A DNA stretch of 32,000 bases from Deltaproteobacteria bacterium. GTDB taxonomy: Bacteria; Myxococcota_A; Polyangia; Fen-1088. Each line of letters starts with the position of its first letter. The stretch's first letter is position 1. The translations under genes were made by a program, and so were the position numbers. The DNA lies in contig JANRKS010000008.1 of assembly GCA_033763315.1 (NCBI GenBank), positions 26,175 to 58,174 on the forward strand, read 5' to 3'. The notes beneath the pieces were generated by a model that was given only the letters and a program-made list of their open reading frames with translations, did not search any database and was not told the DNA's origin. Shown here in pieces: positions 1 through 8,613 of the stretch.

Positions 1-342
1 ACCGGTGGCCAACACGCGCGTCAGCGCATCGTCGAGCAACCCCGCATCCACTTCTTGCCCATTGAACTTGAGCCGTTCAGTAAAGCGCAGCAGATGCGGC
101 GATGTGAACAAAGCGGTGCGCAGGCCAGCGGCGCGCAGGATCGATTCCAGCATCGCCGCTGTCGATCCCTTGCCGTTGGTGCCTGCGATCTGAACGAACG
201 CAATGCCAGCTTGCGGATCGCCCAACAAACGTAGGGCTTGCCGCACGCGATCAAGACCCAGCAACACGCCCGCGCTGCGCAGCTTGTCCATGCGCTGCAA
301 AAAGCGCACGTACGAAGCAGGAAAGCGCGTGGGCAAAGTCAT
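1..342 (-). CDS. folC: Dihydrofolate synthase/folylpolyglutamate synthase, N-terminal 114 aa only (gene continues past the window start)
   Basis: Absent from the ORF track because it is open at the window edge. The reverse complement of 342..1 reads without stops: MTLPTRFPASYVRFLQRMDKLRSAGVLLGLDRVRQALRLLGDPQAGIAFVQIAGTNGKGSTAAMLESILRAAGLRTALFTSPHLLRFTERLKFNGQEVDAGLLDDALTRVLATG. It contains the Mur-ligase/FolC P-loop GTNGKGST and the TSPHL motif. The ATG (complement of 340-342) lies 2 nt after the accD stop, and accD-folC adjacency is known from E. coli. The track ORFs 5..193(+) and 21..254(-) are out-of-frame artefacts of this gene. Confidence 0.85.
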   Translation of the reverse strand, partial: MTLPTRFPASYVRFLQRMDKLRSAGVLLGLDRVRQALRLLGDPQAGIAFVQIAGTNGKGSTAAMLESILRAAGLRTALFTSPHLLRFTERLKFNGQEVDAGLLDDALTRVLATG

Positions 343-344
343 TG

Positions 345-1277
345 TCAGCTTGCGGCCGCTACGGGCGCAAGCTTGGGCATCAAGAACCGTGACAAGCGTG
401 CCAACGTCGCTTTCATTTCATGACGATGCACGATCATGTCAACAAACCCGTGCTGCAGCAAAAACTCTGACCGCTGAAAGCCCGGTGGCAAACTTTGGCG
501 AATGGTGTTTTGAATCACGCGGGCGCCAGCGAACCCGATGAGCGCTTTGGGTTCAGCGACGATGAAATCGCCCAACATCGCAAAGCTGGCCGCCACACCA
601 CCCGTGGTGGGGTTCAACAACACGGAGAACACAGGCACGTTGGCTTCGCGCAAGCGTGAGATGGCCGCGGACGTCTTCGCCATCTGCATCAACGACAACA
701 CGCCCTCTTGCATGCGCGCGCCGCCCGAGGCGGAGAAGATCATCGCTGGCACACGCCGCTCAAGCGCGCGTTCGTAAACGCGCGCGATCTTTTCGCCCAC
801 AACGGAGCCCATCGATCCACCCATGAACTCGAACACAAAAAATCCGGCTTCCACTGGCACGCCGTCAATGGTGCCTGCACCTGCCACCAAGGCGTCGTTG
901 ACGTGGGCTTTGCGCTTGGCCGCTTTGACACGTTCGGTGTAGCGCTTCGAGTCTTTGAAGCCGAGGGGATCAACGCTTTCGATCCCGGCGTCATGTTCGG
1001 TCCACGAGCCTTCATCGAAAGTCATCTTGATGCGGTCGAAGGTCGCCAGGGCCATGTGGTGGCCGCACAGCGGACACACCTGGTGGTGACGTTGCAGGTC
1101 GGCCGCCAGCAAGGTTTCGCGGCACTCGGGGCACATTGTGAACACGCCCGCGGGAACGCTGCGCTTGGGCGGCAGTTCGCCGGCATCGCCCTCGTCGCCC
1201 GCGTCGGAGGCGCCCTCAATGACTTCGTCTTTGTCCATAGGCGGGGCCAATCTTGCCCCCGCGTCCCCCCATGTCAA
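345..1277 (-). CDS. accD: Acetyl-CoA carboxylase carboxyltransferase beta subunit
   Basis: N-terminal Zn-ribbon CPECRETLLAADLQRHHQVCPLCGHH, followed by the carboxyltransferase core (GGSMGSVVGEKI, SASGGARMQEG, MQMAKTS, PTTGGVAASFAMLGD). The 1277 start is a TTG. The in-frame ATG at 1238 (MDKDEVIEG...) is an equally plausible true start. Confidence 0.95.
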   Translation of the reverse strand: MTWGDAGARLAPPMDKDEVIEGASDAGDEGDAGELPPKRSVPAGVFTMCPECRETLLAADLQRHHQVCPLCGHHMALATFDRIKMTFDEGSWTEHDAGIESVDPLGFKDSKRYTERVKAAKRKAHVNDALVAGAGTIDGVPVEAGFFVFEFMGGSMGSVVGEKIARVYERALERRVPAMIFSASGGARMQEGVLSLMQMAKTSAAISRLREANVPVFSVLLNPTTGGVAASFAMLGDFIVAEPKALIGFAGARVIQNTIRQSLPPGFQRSEFLLQHGFVDMIVHRHEMKATLARLSRFLMPKLAPVAAAS

Positions 1278-1374
1278 CCCCTGGCGGGCAGCCCCTGCTG
1301 GGTCGCCGGCGAAGACGCTGGCATCTTCCGCAGCGAGCCACTAGTCTAACTTCCCCCGCCTCCCCCGCGCCTGC

Positions 1375-2895
1375 ATGGCAACCAATCATTACGACGCCGT
1401 CATTTGCGGCGAAGATCTCGCTGGTCTCATCACCGCAACCATTTTGGGCCGCCGCGGCCTCAGGGTGCTGCTGGTGGGCCACGATAAGGTGCCATTGACG
1501 GTGCAAGCGGGTCCGTTTGTGTTACCGGCCACGCCGGGCCTTCTGCCGCCGCCCGACAGCGAGCCGATCGAGCGGGTGTTCCACGAACTGAATGACACCC
1601 CCATCGTCCGCCGCCGTGCCCCCGCGCAAATGCCCGCGCTGCAATTGGTGATGCCGCAAGGACGCCTCAATGTGGGGCCCGACAACGGACCGCTGCTCAA
1701 GCAGATCGAGCACCTATTCGCCGCGGATCTGGCCGCCGCCACGGCGGCCCTCGACACCCTGGCGATGGTCAACAGCCGCCTTGAACCCATTTTGGGGTCA
1801 GACGTCACCTTGCCTCCGGCCGGCTTTTGGGAACGACGCGAGGTTTCCCGGTTCGAAGGCCAGTTGCCGCGCAACGACGTGGATTTGCTTGCGCCCCTGC
1901 CCCAACACCATTCGTTGCGGGCTGTTCTGACGGCGGTGGCCGCCCTTGGCTGTCGGTTCGCGCCCAGCGATCTGGGGCAAGCGCCGCTGGCGCGCGCGTT
2001 CGAGCGGGGCCGCAAAGGTTGCCATCAGCTCCCAGGTGGCATTGCTGATTTGCGAGGGCTGTTCCTCACGAAGCTTTCGACTGTGTCTGGCGAGATTCGT
2101 GAGCAGGGCGCGCCACTTGAGCTGCTTTACAAGCGGGGCCGCGTGGTCGCCGTGCGGTTGCGACCGCGCGATGAAGTGGTGGGGCTGGAACAGCTTGTGT
2201 GGTCGTCGCCCTTGGCTTCGTTGCTGCCGCTGCTCGATGAAAAAACCGCGCGTCGCGTGCGCGAAGAAGCCGTGGGCATCCGACCCGCGTGTTTGCGGTA
2301 TTGCGTGGTGTTTTTGGTGAAGGCCGCCGCCATCGTGCCCACCGTGGGTCCGCGCATGATCTCCGTAACGGATCCAACCCGCGCGCTGATGGAGGACAAC
2401 GCCATCGCCGTGACCGTTGGCTCCCCTCAACGCGCCGATGGCCACGTGCCCTTATGGGTTGAATGTCTGGTGCCCGCCGCGGTTGTGGAACGTGAACCGG
2501 CATATTTATCTGTGGTGCGCAGCCGCCTGCGCGCGCATCTTTCCCGGTTGATTCCCGATCTCGAAGACAACCTCGTGGCGCTGGCTTCGGCCCACGATGG
2601 CTTGGCACCAGAGGTGTTGCGAGGCGCAGAAAATGCCACCGGGCAATATGGTCCGATCCCGGCGCGCCCTATGCCCGCGGTGCTGAATTCTGATTTGCCG
2701 CGATCGCTCGACGTGGGGGCCGTTTTGCATGAAACGCCGATCAAAAACCTTCACGTGGCCAACGCTGAGAACCTGCCCGGTCTTGGGGTCGAGGGCGATT
2801 TCATCTCCGCTTGGGGCGTCGCCCGTTTGATCAACGGAGCCGTGCGCAAACGGATGGGCGTGGTGAGGCGCGCGGTTTTGCTGGGCGACGCCTAG
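1375..2895 (+). CDS. Phytoene-desaturase (CrtI)-family-like NAD(P)/FAD-dependent oxidoreductase homologue with a degenerate N-terminal dinucleotide-binding motif
   Basis: 506-aa ORF. The N-terminus YDAVICGEDLAGLITATILGRRGLRVLLVGHD has a Rossmann beta-alpha-beta layout, but GxGxxG reads GEDLAG. The C-terminus NLPGLGVEGDFISAWGVARLI resembles the C-terminal FAD motif of the CrtI/amine-oxidase family. It is divergent from accD across a 97-bp gap. Confidence 0.6.
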   Translation: MATNHYDAVICGEDLAGLITATILGRRGLRVLLVGHDKVPLTVQAGPFVLPATPGLLPPPDSEPIERVFHELNDTPIVRRRAPAQMPALQLVMPQGRLNVGPDNGPLLKQIEHLFAADLAAATAALDTLAMVNSRLEPILGSDVTLPPAGFWERREVSRFEGQLPRNDVDLLAPLPQHHSLRAVLTAVAALGCRFAPSDLGQAPLARAFERGRKGCHQLPGGIADLRGLFLTKLSTVSGEIREQGAPLELLYKRGRVVAVRLRPRDEVVGLEQLVWSSPLASLLPLLDEKTARRVREEAVGIRPACLRYCVVFLVKAAAIVPTVGPRMISVTDPTRALMEDNAIAVTVGSPQRADGHVPLWVECLVPAAVVEREPAYLSVVRSRLRAHLSRLIPDLEDNLVALASAHDGLAPEVLRGAENATGQYGPIPARPMPAVLNSDLPRSLDVGAVLHETPIKNLHVANAENLPGLGVEGDFISAWGVARLINGAVRKRMGVVRRAVLLGDA

Positions 2896-3018
2896 GCATA
2901 CAGCGAGTCCGACCCCTTCGTGGTTTCCGCAATGTTTCAAGTGAGGCCAGGCGCTTGAAAGGCATGCTTGCACCCATCAAGGTACGGGGGATTGCCCGCT
3001 AATACCTCACCACCCGGC

Positions 3019-3852
3019 ATGCGTTCTTTGACCGGCAAGATCATCGCGCTGCCTGAATCGCGCGAACTCGACAAGCTCAGCAGCATGTTGGAGGCCGAGG
3101 GGGCGCAAACGCTGCGTTGCCCCTTGATATCGATTCTCGACGCCGCCGATCCCGTGCCTTTGCTCAAGTGGTTGGGAGAGCTGGCGCGCGGACAGTTTAC
3201 CGACGTGATCTTCTTAACGGGCGAAGGCGTGCGACGACTGTGGACGGTGGCGTGCAAGCACAAGATCGATGCCGGCGTTCACCAGGGGCTGGCACGCGTA
3301 CGCAAGATCACCCGCGGCCCGAAGCCTGCGCGTGCCTTGCACGACATGGGGCTTGCGCCGGATCTGTCGCCGTCGCCCCCGACGTCCGCTGGGATCATCG
3401 CGCACTTTGAAGGCGCGCGCGCAGAACTTTCGGGCCGCATTTTCGGCGTGCAGTTGTTCGGCGATGATCCAGGCACAGCGTTGGTTGAGTTCCTTGCAGC
3501 CAACGAGGCGCGCGTGATGACCGTGTCGCCCTACACATACGCGCCCGCCACTGATGATGAACGCGTCGTCGAATTGATTGAAGCGATCATCAACCTGCGC
3601 GTTGACGCCGTGGCCTTCACCACCGCACCGCAAGTGGAGCGCTTGTGGCAAGTGGCGGAACGACGGCAGTTGCGAGCCGCGTTGGATGCGGCTTTGCCCA
3701 AGTTGGTTGTTGCCGCCGTGGGCCCCGTGGTGGCCAGCGCGCTCAAAGATCGAGGGCACACGCCAGGCGTGGTGCCCTCGCCGCAATTCTTTATGCGGCG
3801 CTTGACTGAGGCCTTGGTGGGCGCGTTAGGGCCCGCCACACAGAAGCCTTAG
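3019..3852 (+). CDS. Uroporphyrinogen-III synthase (HemD)-family protein
   Basis: MRSLTGKIIALPESRELDKLSSMLEAEGAQTLRCPLISI... and a second half-domain (VDAVAFTTAPQVERL...VVAAVGPVVASALKDRG) fit the two-lobe HemD fold pattern. The track ORF starts at a TTG at 2968; the ATG at 3019 is preferred. Its stop codon overlaps the stop of the convergent ABC ATPase. Confidence 0.6.
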   Translation: MRSLTGKIIALPESRELDKLSSMLEAEGAQTLRCPLISILDAADPVPLLKWLGELARGQFTDVIFLTGEGVRRLWTVACKHKIDAGVHQGLARVRKITRGPKPARALHDMGLAPDLSPSPPTSAGIIAHFEGARAELSGRIFGVQLFGDDPGTALVEFLAANEARVMTVSPYTYAPATDDERVVELIEAIINLRVDAVAFTTAPQVERLWQVAERRQLRAALDAALPKLVVAAVGPVVASALKDRGHTPGVVPSPQFFMRRLTEALVGALGPATQKP

Positions 3853-4664
3853 GCCGCTTTGTTTTGTCCTTTGTCGTGCTCTTGGCTGTTGAGAAACTCA
3901 ATCAGCGTGTCGCGGTAATCGTAGTACTGCGGATGCTCCATGAGCGTCGCGCGATCACGTGGGCGGCTGAAGGGGACCTTGACGATCTTGCCCACCTTTG
4001 CGTGGGGACCACTGGTCATCATCACCACACGATCTGAAAGAAAAAGTGCTTCGTCCACATCGTGAGTCACCATGAAAGCTGTTTTGCGATCGGTGGCCCA
4101 CAGGTCAAGCAACACCTGTTGCAACTCAAAGCGCGTGAGCGAATCCAGCATGCCGAAGGGTTCGTCCAAAAGCAGCACCTTCGGATCCAACGCAAAAGCC
4201 CGGGCGATGCCCACACGTTGGCGCATGCCTGCCGAAAGCTCTCCCGACTTCTTCTCCATCGCGTCTTCGAGGCCAACCAACGTCAAGAAATGAGTTGCCT
4301 TGTCGGCGCGTTCCTTGCGAGACAGCTGAGGAAACGCGGCGTTGACCGCCATCATCACGTTGCCAAACGCCGACAACCAGGGCAGCAAGTTCGGCTGTTG
4401 AAACACGATGCCGCGATCGATGCCGGGCTCGCGCACTTCCCGCCCTTGCAGAATGGCGCCGCCCTCAGACGCGTTGATGAGCCCGGCAAGCACAGACAAA
4501 ACGGTTGATTTGCCGCAGCCTGAGTGGCCAATCAAACAAACGAACTCGCCCTTTGCAACCGTCAGCTGAAAATCGTCCACCACCTTCGTGGAGGTGCCAT
4601 CCGCCTTCGGAAAGCTCATCGACAGATGAGAGAACTCAAGAAATTTTTCATCAAGGGTGCTCAT
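3849..4664 (-). CDS. ABC transporter ATP-binding protein, NrtD/CmpD-like (nitrate/bicarbonate/sulfonate family)
   Basis: Walker [11 protein letters not shown]-loop [10 protein letters not shown], signature [14 protein letters not shown], Walker [13 protein letters not shown]-loop VTHDVDEA. The ATG overlaps the upstream ATPase stop (ATGA at 4661-4664). Confidence 0.9.
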   Translation of the reverse strand: MSTLDEKFLEFSHLSMSFPKADGTSTKVVDDFQLTVAKGEFVCLIGHSGCGKSTVLSVLAGLINASEGGAILQGREVREPGIDRGIVFQQPNLLPWLSAFGNVMMAVNAAFPQLSRKERADKATHFLTLVGLEDAMEKKSGELSAGMRQRVGIARAFALDPKVLLLDEPFGMLDSLTRFELQQVLLDLWATDRKTAFMVTHDVDEALFLSDRVVMMTSGPHAKVGKIVKVPFSRPRDRATLMEHPQYYDYRDTLIEFLNSQEHDKGQNKAA

Positions 4665-5500
4665 GCCAAAGCCTCTTCAGTTTGCGGCGACAACACAATG
4701 GCGGGGTCCATCTTGCCCGGCTTTTTGCGGGCGCCAGGGCCAAGCAAGTAACCGATGACGGTGTTTCGGATGGAACGAAAAGCCGGATCGTGCGTGATGG
4801 CGCGGCGGTCACGCGGCCGTGGAATGTCCACCCTTACCTCGGGGCCCAATGTGGCGGCCGGGCCGGCTGACAACGGAATGATCCGGTCCGCCAGGAGAAT
4901 GCCTTCGTCCACATCGTTGGTGATCAGCACGGCCGTGGTGCGGTTCTCGCGCCAAATCTTCTCAATCTCGTCTTGCAAGGTGGCGCGCGTGAGCGCATCA
5001 AGGGCACCCAACGGTTCATCCAGCAAGAGGATCTCTGGATTGCTCGCCAACGCTCGGGCCACCGACACGCGTTGGCGCATGCCTCCGGATAGTTCGTGCG
5101 GGCGCTTCTTGGCCGCCGCCGTCAGTTTCACCATGCTCAAAAACTTATCAACGTGGGCGCGTTTTTGTTCCGCGGACCACGACTTGAACACTTGGTTGAC
5201 CGCCAACATGATGTTGTCGTAAGCGGTCAACCAGGGCAGCAAAGAGTAATTCTGAAACACCACGCCGCGATCGGGGCCAGGCCCAACCATCGGCTTGCCG
5301 TTCAAGACGATCTCCCCGCGATCGGGCGTCAGCAGCCCGGCCAGCAACGACATCAGGGTCGTTTTCCCGGCCCCCGAATAACCAACAATCGCCACGAACT
5401 CACCCTGTTCGACTTTGAGGTTGATGTTGCGGAGCACGTGCGTGGCGCTGTCGCCCGTGCCGTAGCTTTTCGCAACGCCGCGCAATTCCAAACAAGCCAT
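4661..5500 (-). CDS. ABC transporter ATP-binding protein, NrtC/CmpC-like (short form, no C-terminal NrtA-like domain)
   Basis: Walker [20 protein letters not shown], signature [14 protein letters not shown], Walker [20 protein letters not shown]. The track ORF extends to 5590, but [14 protein letters not shown] at 5500 is the family-typical start, and it overlaps the permease stop by 1 nt (TGATG). Confidence 0.9.
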   Translation of the reverse strand: MACLELRGVAKSYGTGDSATHVLRNINLKVEQGEFVAIVGYSGAGKTTLMSLLAGLLTPDRGEIVLNGKPMVGPGPDRGVVFQNYSLLPWLTAYDNIMLAVNQVFKSWSAEQKRAHVDKFLSMVKLTAAAKKRPHELSGGMRQRVSVARALASNPEILLLDEPLGALDALTRATLQDEIEKIWRENRTTAVLITNDVDEGILLADRIIPLSAGPAATLGPEVRVDIPRPRDRRAITHDPAFRSIRNTVIGYLLGPGARKKPGKMDPAIVLSPQTEEALA

Positions 5501-6285
5501 CAGCGAGCCTCCGCGGGGCGCAAGCGATCTTCCAAAAGCTTCATACCGCGATCGAGGAGCAAGCCCACAAACCCAATCGTCAAGATGCACAACAAGATGT
5601 GTTCATAGATCAAGCTGTTGTATTCCTGCCACAAGAAGCCGCCCACGCCCGGGCTGCCCGTCAGCATCTCCACCGCCACGATCACCAGCCACGCAATGCC
5701 GAGCGACAGGCGAAACCCGGTGAACATATAGGGCAAGGCCGCCGGCAGAAGAACCTTATAAAACGTTTGCAGCGGTGAAAGCTGCAGCATGCGCGCCACG
5801 TTGATGTAGTCCTTGGGTATGGAACGCACGCCCATGGCTGTGTTCAAAACGGTGGGCCACATCGAACATACGGCGATCGTAAAAAGCGCCGCTGGCTCTG
5901 ACTTCTCGAAAAGAACCAACCCCAGGGGAAGCCAGGCCAGTGGCGAAACGGGACGCAACAACTGGATCACTGGATCCAGACCACGTGAGAACAGCTTCGA
6001 GCGCCCCAGCAAAAAGCCAAGCGGTGTGCCCAAGATCAACGCCAGCGTGTAGCCCTTGGCCACCAGCACCAGCGAATACCACGTGAAACGAAGAATGCCC
6101 TGATCCAATTCGCCGCGTTTAGCGAATGGCTCAACGATGTATGGTTTACTGATTTCCCACGTTTTCGCAGGCGAAGGCAGGTTGTGAGCGAAGGTGGAAG
6201 CCACCAACGCCCACAAACCGAGAATCACGGCGAAGCCGAAGAACGGCAAGATGAGGTACCAAGCTTTTTCTCTAAAACTCTTCAC
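5500..6285 (-). CDS. ABC transporter permease, NrtB/CmpB-like
   Basis: 261 aa with multiple hydrophobic spans and a BPD-transporter EAA-like loop ([29 protein letters not shown]). It sits in an operon between the binding protein and the ATPases. Confidence 0.9.
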   Translation of the reverse strand: MKSFREKAWYLILPFFGFAVILGLWALVASTFAHNLPSPAKTWEISKPYIVEPFAKRGELDQGILRFTWYSLVLVAKGYTLALILGTPLGFLLGRSKLFSRGLDPVIQLLRPVSPLAWLPLGLVLFEKSEPAALFTIAVCSMWPTVLNTAMGVRSIPKDYINVARMLQLSPLQTFYKVLLPAALPYMFTGFRLSLGIAWLVIVAVEMLTGSPGVGGFLWQEYNSLIYEHILLCILTIGFVGLLLDRGMKLLEDRLRPAEAR

Positions 6286-6314
6286 GTGAATCTCCTTCGC
6301 AAACGTAGCGGGTG

Positions 6315-7580
6315 TTAAGCCTTCAAGCTGTTAACCTCAAACGAGGCTGCGTAGGCTTCCGGCTTTGCCGGATCAAACGTTTTGCCGTCGAACAGAGTCT
6401 CGGGCTTGTTGTCGAGCCCGCCGTGCTTGTAGCCAATCTCCTTCATCGCTTCTTCGTAGATGTCAGGGCGCATCACCTGCTTGGGAATGCTTTGGTAATC
6501 CACCTTGCCGGGCAACATGCCCCAGCGCGCGAGCTGCGTGAGCCACCACACCGCATACTTTGGCTGCGGGTAGTTGCAGTTGCGCGAGCTGAAGATCATG
6601 TGGTTTGGGTCCTGCTTTTTGCGGCCATCACCAAAATCATATTTGCCCTGTAGACGCCCGAGGATCAGTTCCTTTGGACAGTTGATGTAGGTTGGGCGCG
6701 ACACGATCTCGGCTTGTTCTGGGCGGTTCTCCATCTTGTCAAGCCACACGCTGGCCTCGTTGAGCGCTTTGAGCACCGCTTTGACGGTCTTCGGATTCTT
6801 GTCCGCGAACTCAGCCGTGAAAGCACAGACCTTTTCAGGATGATCCTTCCAAATGTCTTGCGTGTTGATGGCGGTGTAGCCAATGCCGTCGGCGATTGTG
6901 CGCGCGTTCCAAGGCTCGCCCACGCAGAAGCCATCCATCTTGCCCACCTTCATGTTCGCCACCATCTGCGGCGGGGGCACCGTGATCAAGGCAACGTCCT
7001 TATCAGGGTTGATGCCGCCGGCGCCCAGGAAGTACCGCATCCACATTGCGTGCGTGCCCGGAGGAAACGTCATCGCAAAGGTCAGCGGCGAGCCCTTGGC
7101 TTTGGCCTCCATCACGAACGGCTTGAGCGCTTTTGGATCCGCACCCACTTTGCCTTTGAAATCGGCTTTGAGGGTGATCGACTGGCCATTGCGGTTCAGC
7201 AGCCAGGGCACGATCATCGGCTTCTTCGGAGAACCAAGCAGGCCCATCGTTGAGGCGATTGGCATGCCCAACAACATGTGCGTGGCGGCAATGTCCCCAT
7301 TTGACAAGGAATCGCGGATCGCCGCCCAGCTCGCGCCTTTTGAAACAACCGAATTGATTCCGTACTTCTTGAACAGCCCCTTCTCGTGCGCGATCACGAT
7401 GGGCGAACAATCGGTCAGCGCGATCATGCCAAACTTCACATCGGTGGTCTCAGGCGCATCCGATGCATAAGCGCCGGGAAGGAACTTTGCCCACGCGGCG
7501 CCAGCCAAAGCGGCGGCCCCCGTCTTCACCAAGGTACGACGCCCCACCCCACCCGACACCGAACTCAATCGTTTCGACAT
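6315..7580 (-). CDS. NrtA/CmpA-family periplasmic substrate-binding protein with a Tat signal peptide
   Basis: Twin-arginine signal GRRTLVKTGAAALAGAAWA. KFGMIALTDCSPIVIAHEKGLFKKYGI...SKGASWAAIRDSL...THMLLGMP closely follows the cyanobacterial NrtA/CmpA signature. First gene of the four-gene minus-strand operon. Confidence 0.9.
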   Translation of the reverse strand: MSKRLSSVSGGVGRRTLVKTGAAALAGAAWAKFLPGAYASDAPETTDVKFGMIALTDCSPIVIAHEKGLFKKYGINSVVSKGASWAAIRDSLSNGDIAATHMLLGMPIASTMGLLGSPKKPMIVPWLLNRNGQSITLKADFKGKVGADPKALKPFVMEAKAKGSPLTFAMTFPPGTHAMWMRYFLGAGGINPDKDVALITVPPPQMVANMKVGKMDGFCVGEPWNARTIADGIGYTAINTQDIWKDHPEKVCAFTAEFADKNPKTVKAVLKALNEASVWLDKMENRPEQAEIVSRPTYINCPKELILGRLQGKYDFGDGRKKQDPNHMIFSSRNCNYPQPKYAVWWLTQLARWGMLPGKVDYQSIPKQVMRPDIYEEAMKEIGYKHGGLDNKPETLFDGKTFDPAKPEAYAASFEVNSLKA

Positions 7581-7606
7581 TACTCAGCCTTTCTGTGACA
7601 ATCACT

Positions 7607-7688
7607 AAACGCGGACGCGCCGCGCACGGTGACGTTCCGAGGCCGATGTGCTCGTCGGTACGACGGCTTTCAGACTAACGGCGTCTGA
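7607..7688 (-). promoter_or_regulatory. Structured 5' leader of the NrtA/CmpA-type operon: three short hairpins, the last terminator-like and directly upstream of the RBS
   Basis: Read on the minus strand: ucagac-gccguua-gucuga (7688-7670), cgucg-uac-cgacg (7665-7653), and gcgcgg-cgcgu-ccgcgu followed by UUA (7625-7607). These are followed by the GAAAGG RBS and the ATG at 7580. Stems were verified by hand; no covariation evidence is available. Confidence 0.25.
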
Positions 7689-7835
7689 TTTCCGGCGCGT
7701 TTCGAGACAGGAAAACGTAAGTAACTCGGCTTTGAGGCATGATTGAGCCATACAAACGGCAGCCGCGAAGACACACCGAGTGCGTCCTTGCGGCCCCAAC
7801 CATGGGCTGCCGGCGTTTGGAGGGAGGTTTGGACG

Positions 7836-8225
7836 CTACATCCAGGCGCCAGCGGCAACAGGCTCGCCTGCGCCGGGCCGCAACCGCATGCGACAGAACA
7901 TTTCGATCTTGCGCACAGACTCTGGCGCAACGTTGGCGAACCGAAGGCCTGTGCGACGAAACTTGCCGGCGCGTTGATCGCTGACCACCACGGCCTGGGC
8001 GGCAATTTCTTCACCGTAACCGGGCAGCTCGAACCACAGCATCACCGGCATCCCCATCGCGAGCGGCAGCCCGCCCGGACGCCTCAAGGACATGCCCGCG
8101 GGGGCCAAGTCTTCACATTGGCCCAGGTGCATGTCGGGGCCGACTGCGCTTTTCACAGCAAAGATGGACACAACGCGATCGTTGTTTCGCCTGTCTTGCC
8201 GGGTTCGACGCCGTTCCGTGGTCAT
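7836..8225 (-). CDS. PilZ-domain protein (putative c-di-GMP receptor)
   Basis: RRNNDR matches the PilZ RRxxxR motif. DLAPAG sits where D/NxSxxG is expected, with Ser replaced by Ala. The length is typical of a single-domain PilZ protein. The track ORF starts at 8258; MTTERRR at 8225 is preferred. Confidence 0.6.
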   Translation of the reverse strand: MTTERRRTRQDRRNNDRVVSIFAVKSAVGPDMHLGQCEDLAPAGMSLRRPGGLPLAMGMPVMLWFELPGYGEEIAAQAVVVSDQRAGKFRRTGLRFANVAPESVRKIEMFCRMRLRPGAGEPVAAGAWM

Positions 8226-8315
8226 ACAGGCCAGGGTAAGCGCACCCTGGGGAACCACAAAAAAACCTATCGCAATGCGGACCGTGGGCGACCTAGGAGG
8301 GCGCGCGGCCAGGGG

Positions 8316-8492
8316 TCAGGCGGCTTCGAGCGGCTTGGCTTCTTCCACGATGAAGTTCGGGATGCCTTCGATCACCTGATAGGCAAGCTTGCAAGACTTG
8401 CACTGAAACTCACTCTCGTCGGCCTTGAGGACCAAGGAGCCTTTGCATTTGGGGCAAGCGAGGATATCGATGAGCGCCTTGTTCAAAGCCAT
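8316..8492 (-). CDS. Trm112/YcaR (UPF0434)-family small zinc-ribbon protein
   Basis: 58-aa MALNKALIDILACPKCKGSLVLKADESEFQCKSCKLAYQVIEGIPNFIVEEAKPLEAA. It has the CPxC...CxxC ribbon and the family-typical 'GIP.(l/f)' tail. The 206-aa track ORF (8316..8936) is an over-extension that runs antisense into the next gene. Confidence 0.75.
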   Translation of the reverse strand: MALNKALIDILACPKCKGSLVLKADESEFQCKSCKLAYQVIEGIPNFIVEEAKPLEAA

Positions 8493-8613
8493 GCGCCACG
8501 TATAAATCCGCCGCGACTGTGGTGCAAGCTTAACGGCCGACAGGCGCGCAAAAAGGCGGGGTGGCGGTGCCAGCAACTCGCCGTTTACGCGGAGCCGTGA
8601 TAACACAGAGGGT

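Noticed and set aside
5-254. Track ORFs 5..193(+) and 21..254(-) at the left edge.
   Set aside because: Neither translation has recognisable motifs. A different minus-strand frame (342..1) gives a clean FolC N-terminus with the GTNGKGST P-loop, so these are shadow ORFs.
7594-7607. TGTGACAATCACTA considered as a CRP/FNR-type site (TGTGA-N6-TCACA).
   Set aside because: The inverted arms GTGA/TCAC are separated by only 3 nt, and the site overlaps the RBS-proximal leader. The geometry does not fit CRP/FNR.
7607-7688. ANTAR/NasT-type dual hexaloop antiterminator target in the transporter leader.
   Set aside because: The hairpin loops are 7, 3 and 5 nt, and none shows the A1/G4 hexaloop pattern. 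The region is kept only as a generic structured leader with low confidence.
7743-8600. 285-aa plus-strand ORF spanning the PilZ and Trm112 region.
   Set aside because: It runs antisense to two ORFs with clear family motifs. Its translation is Arg/Gly/His-rich and low in complexity, which is typical of a GC-rich shadow frame.
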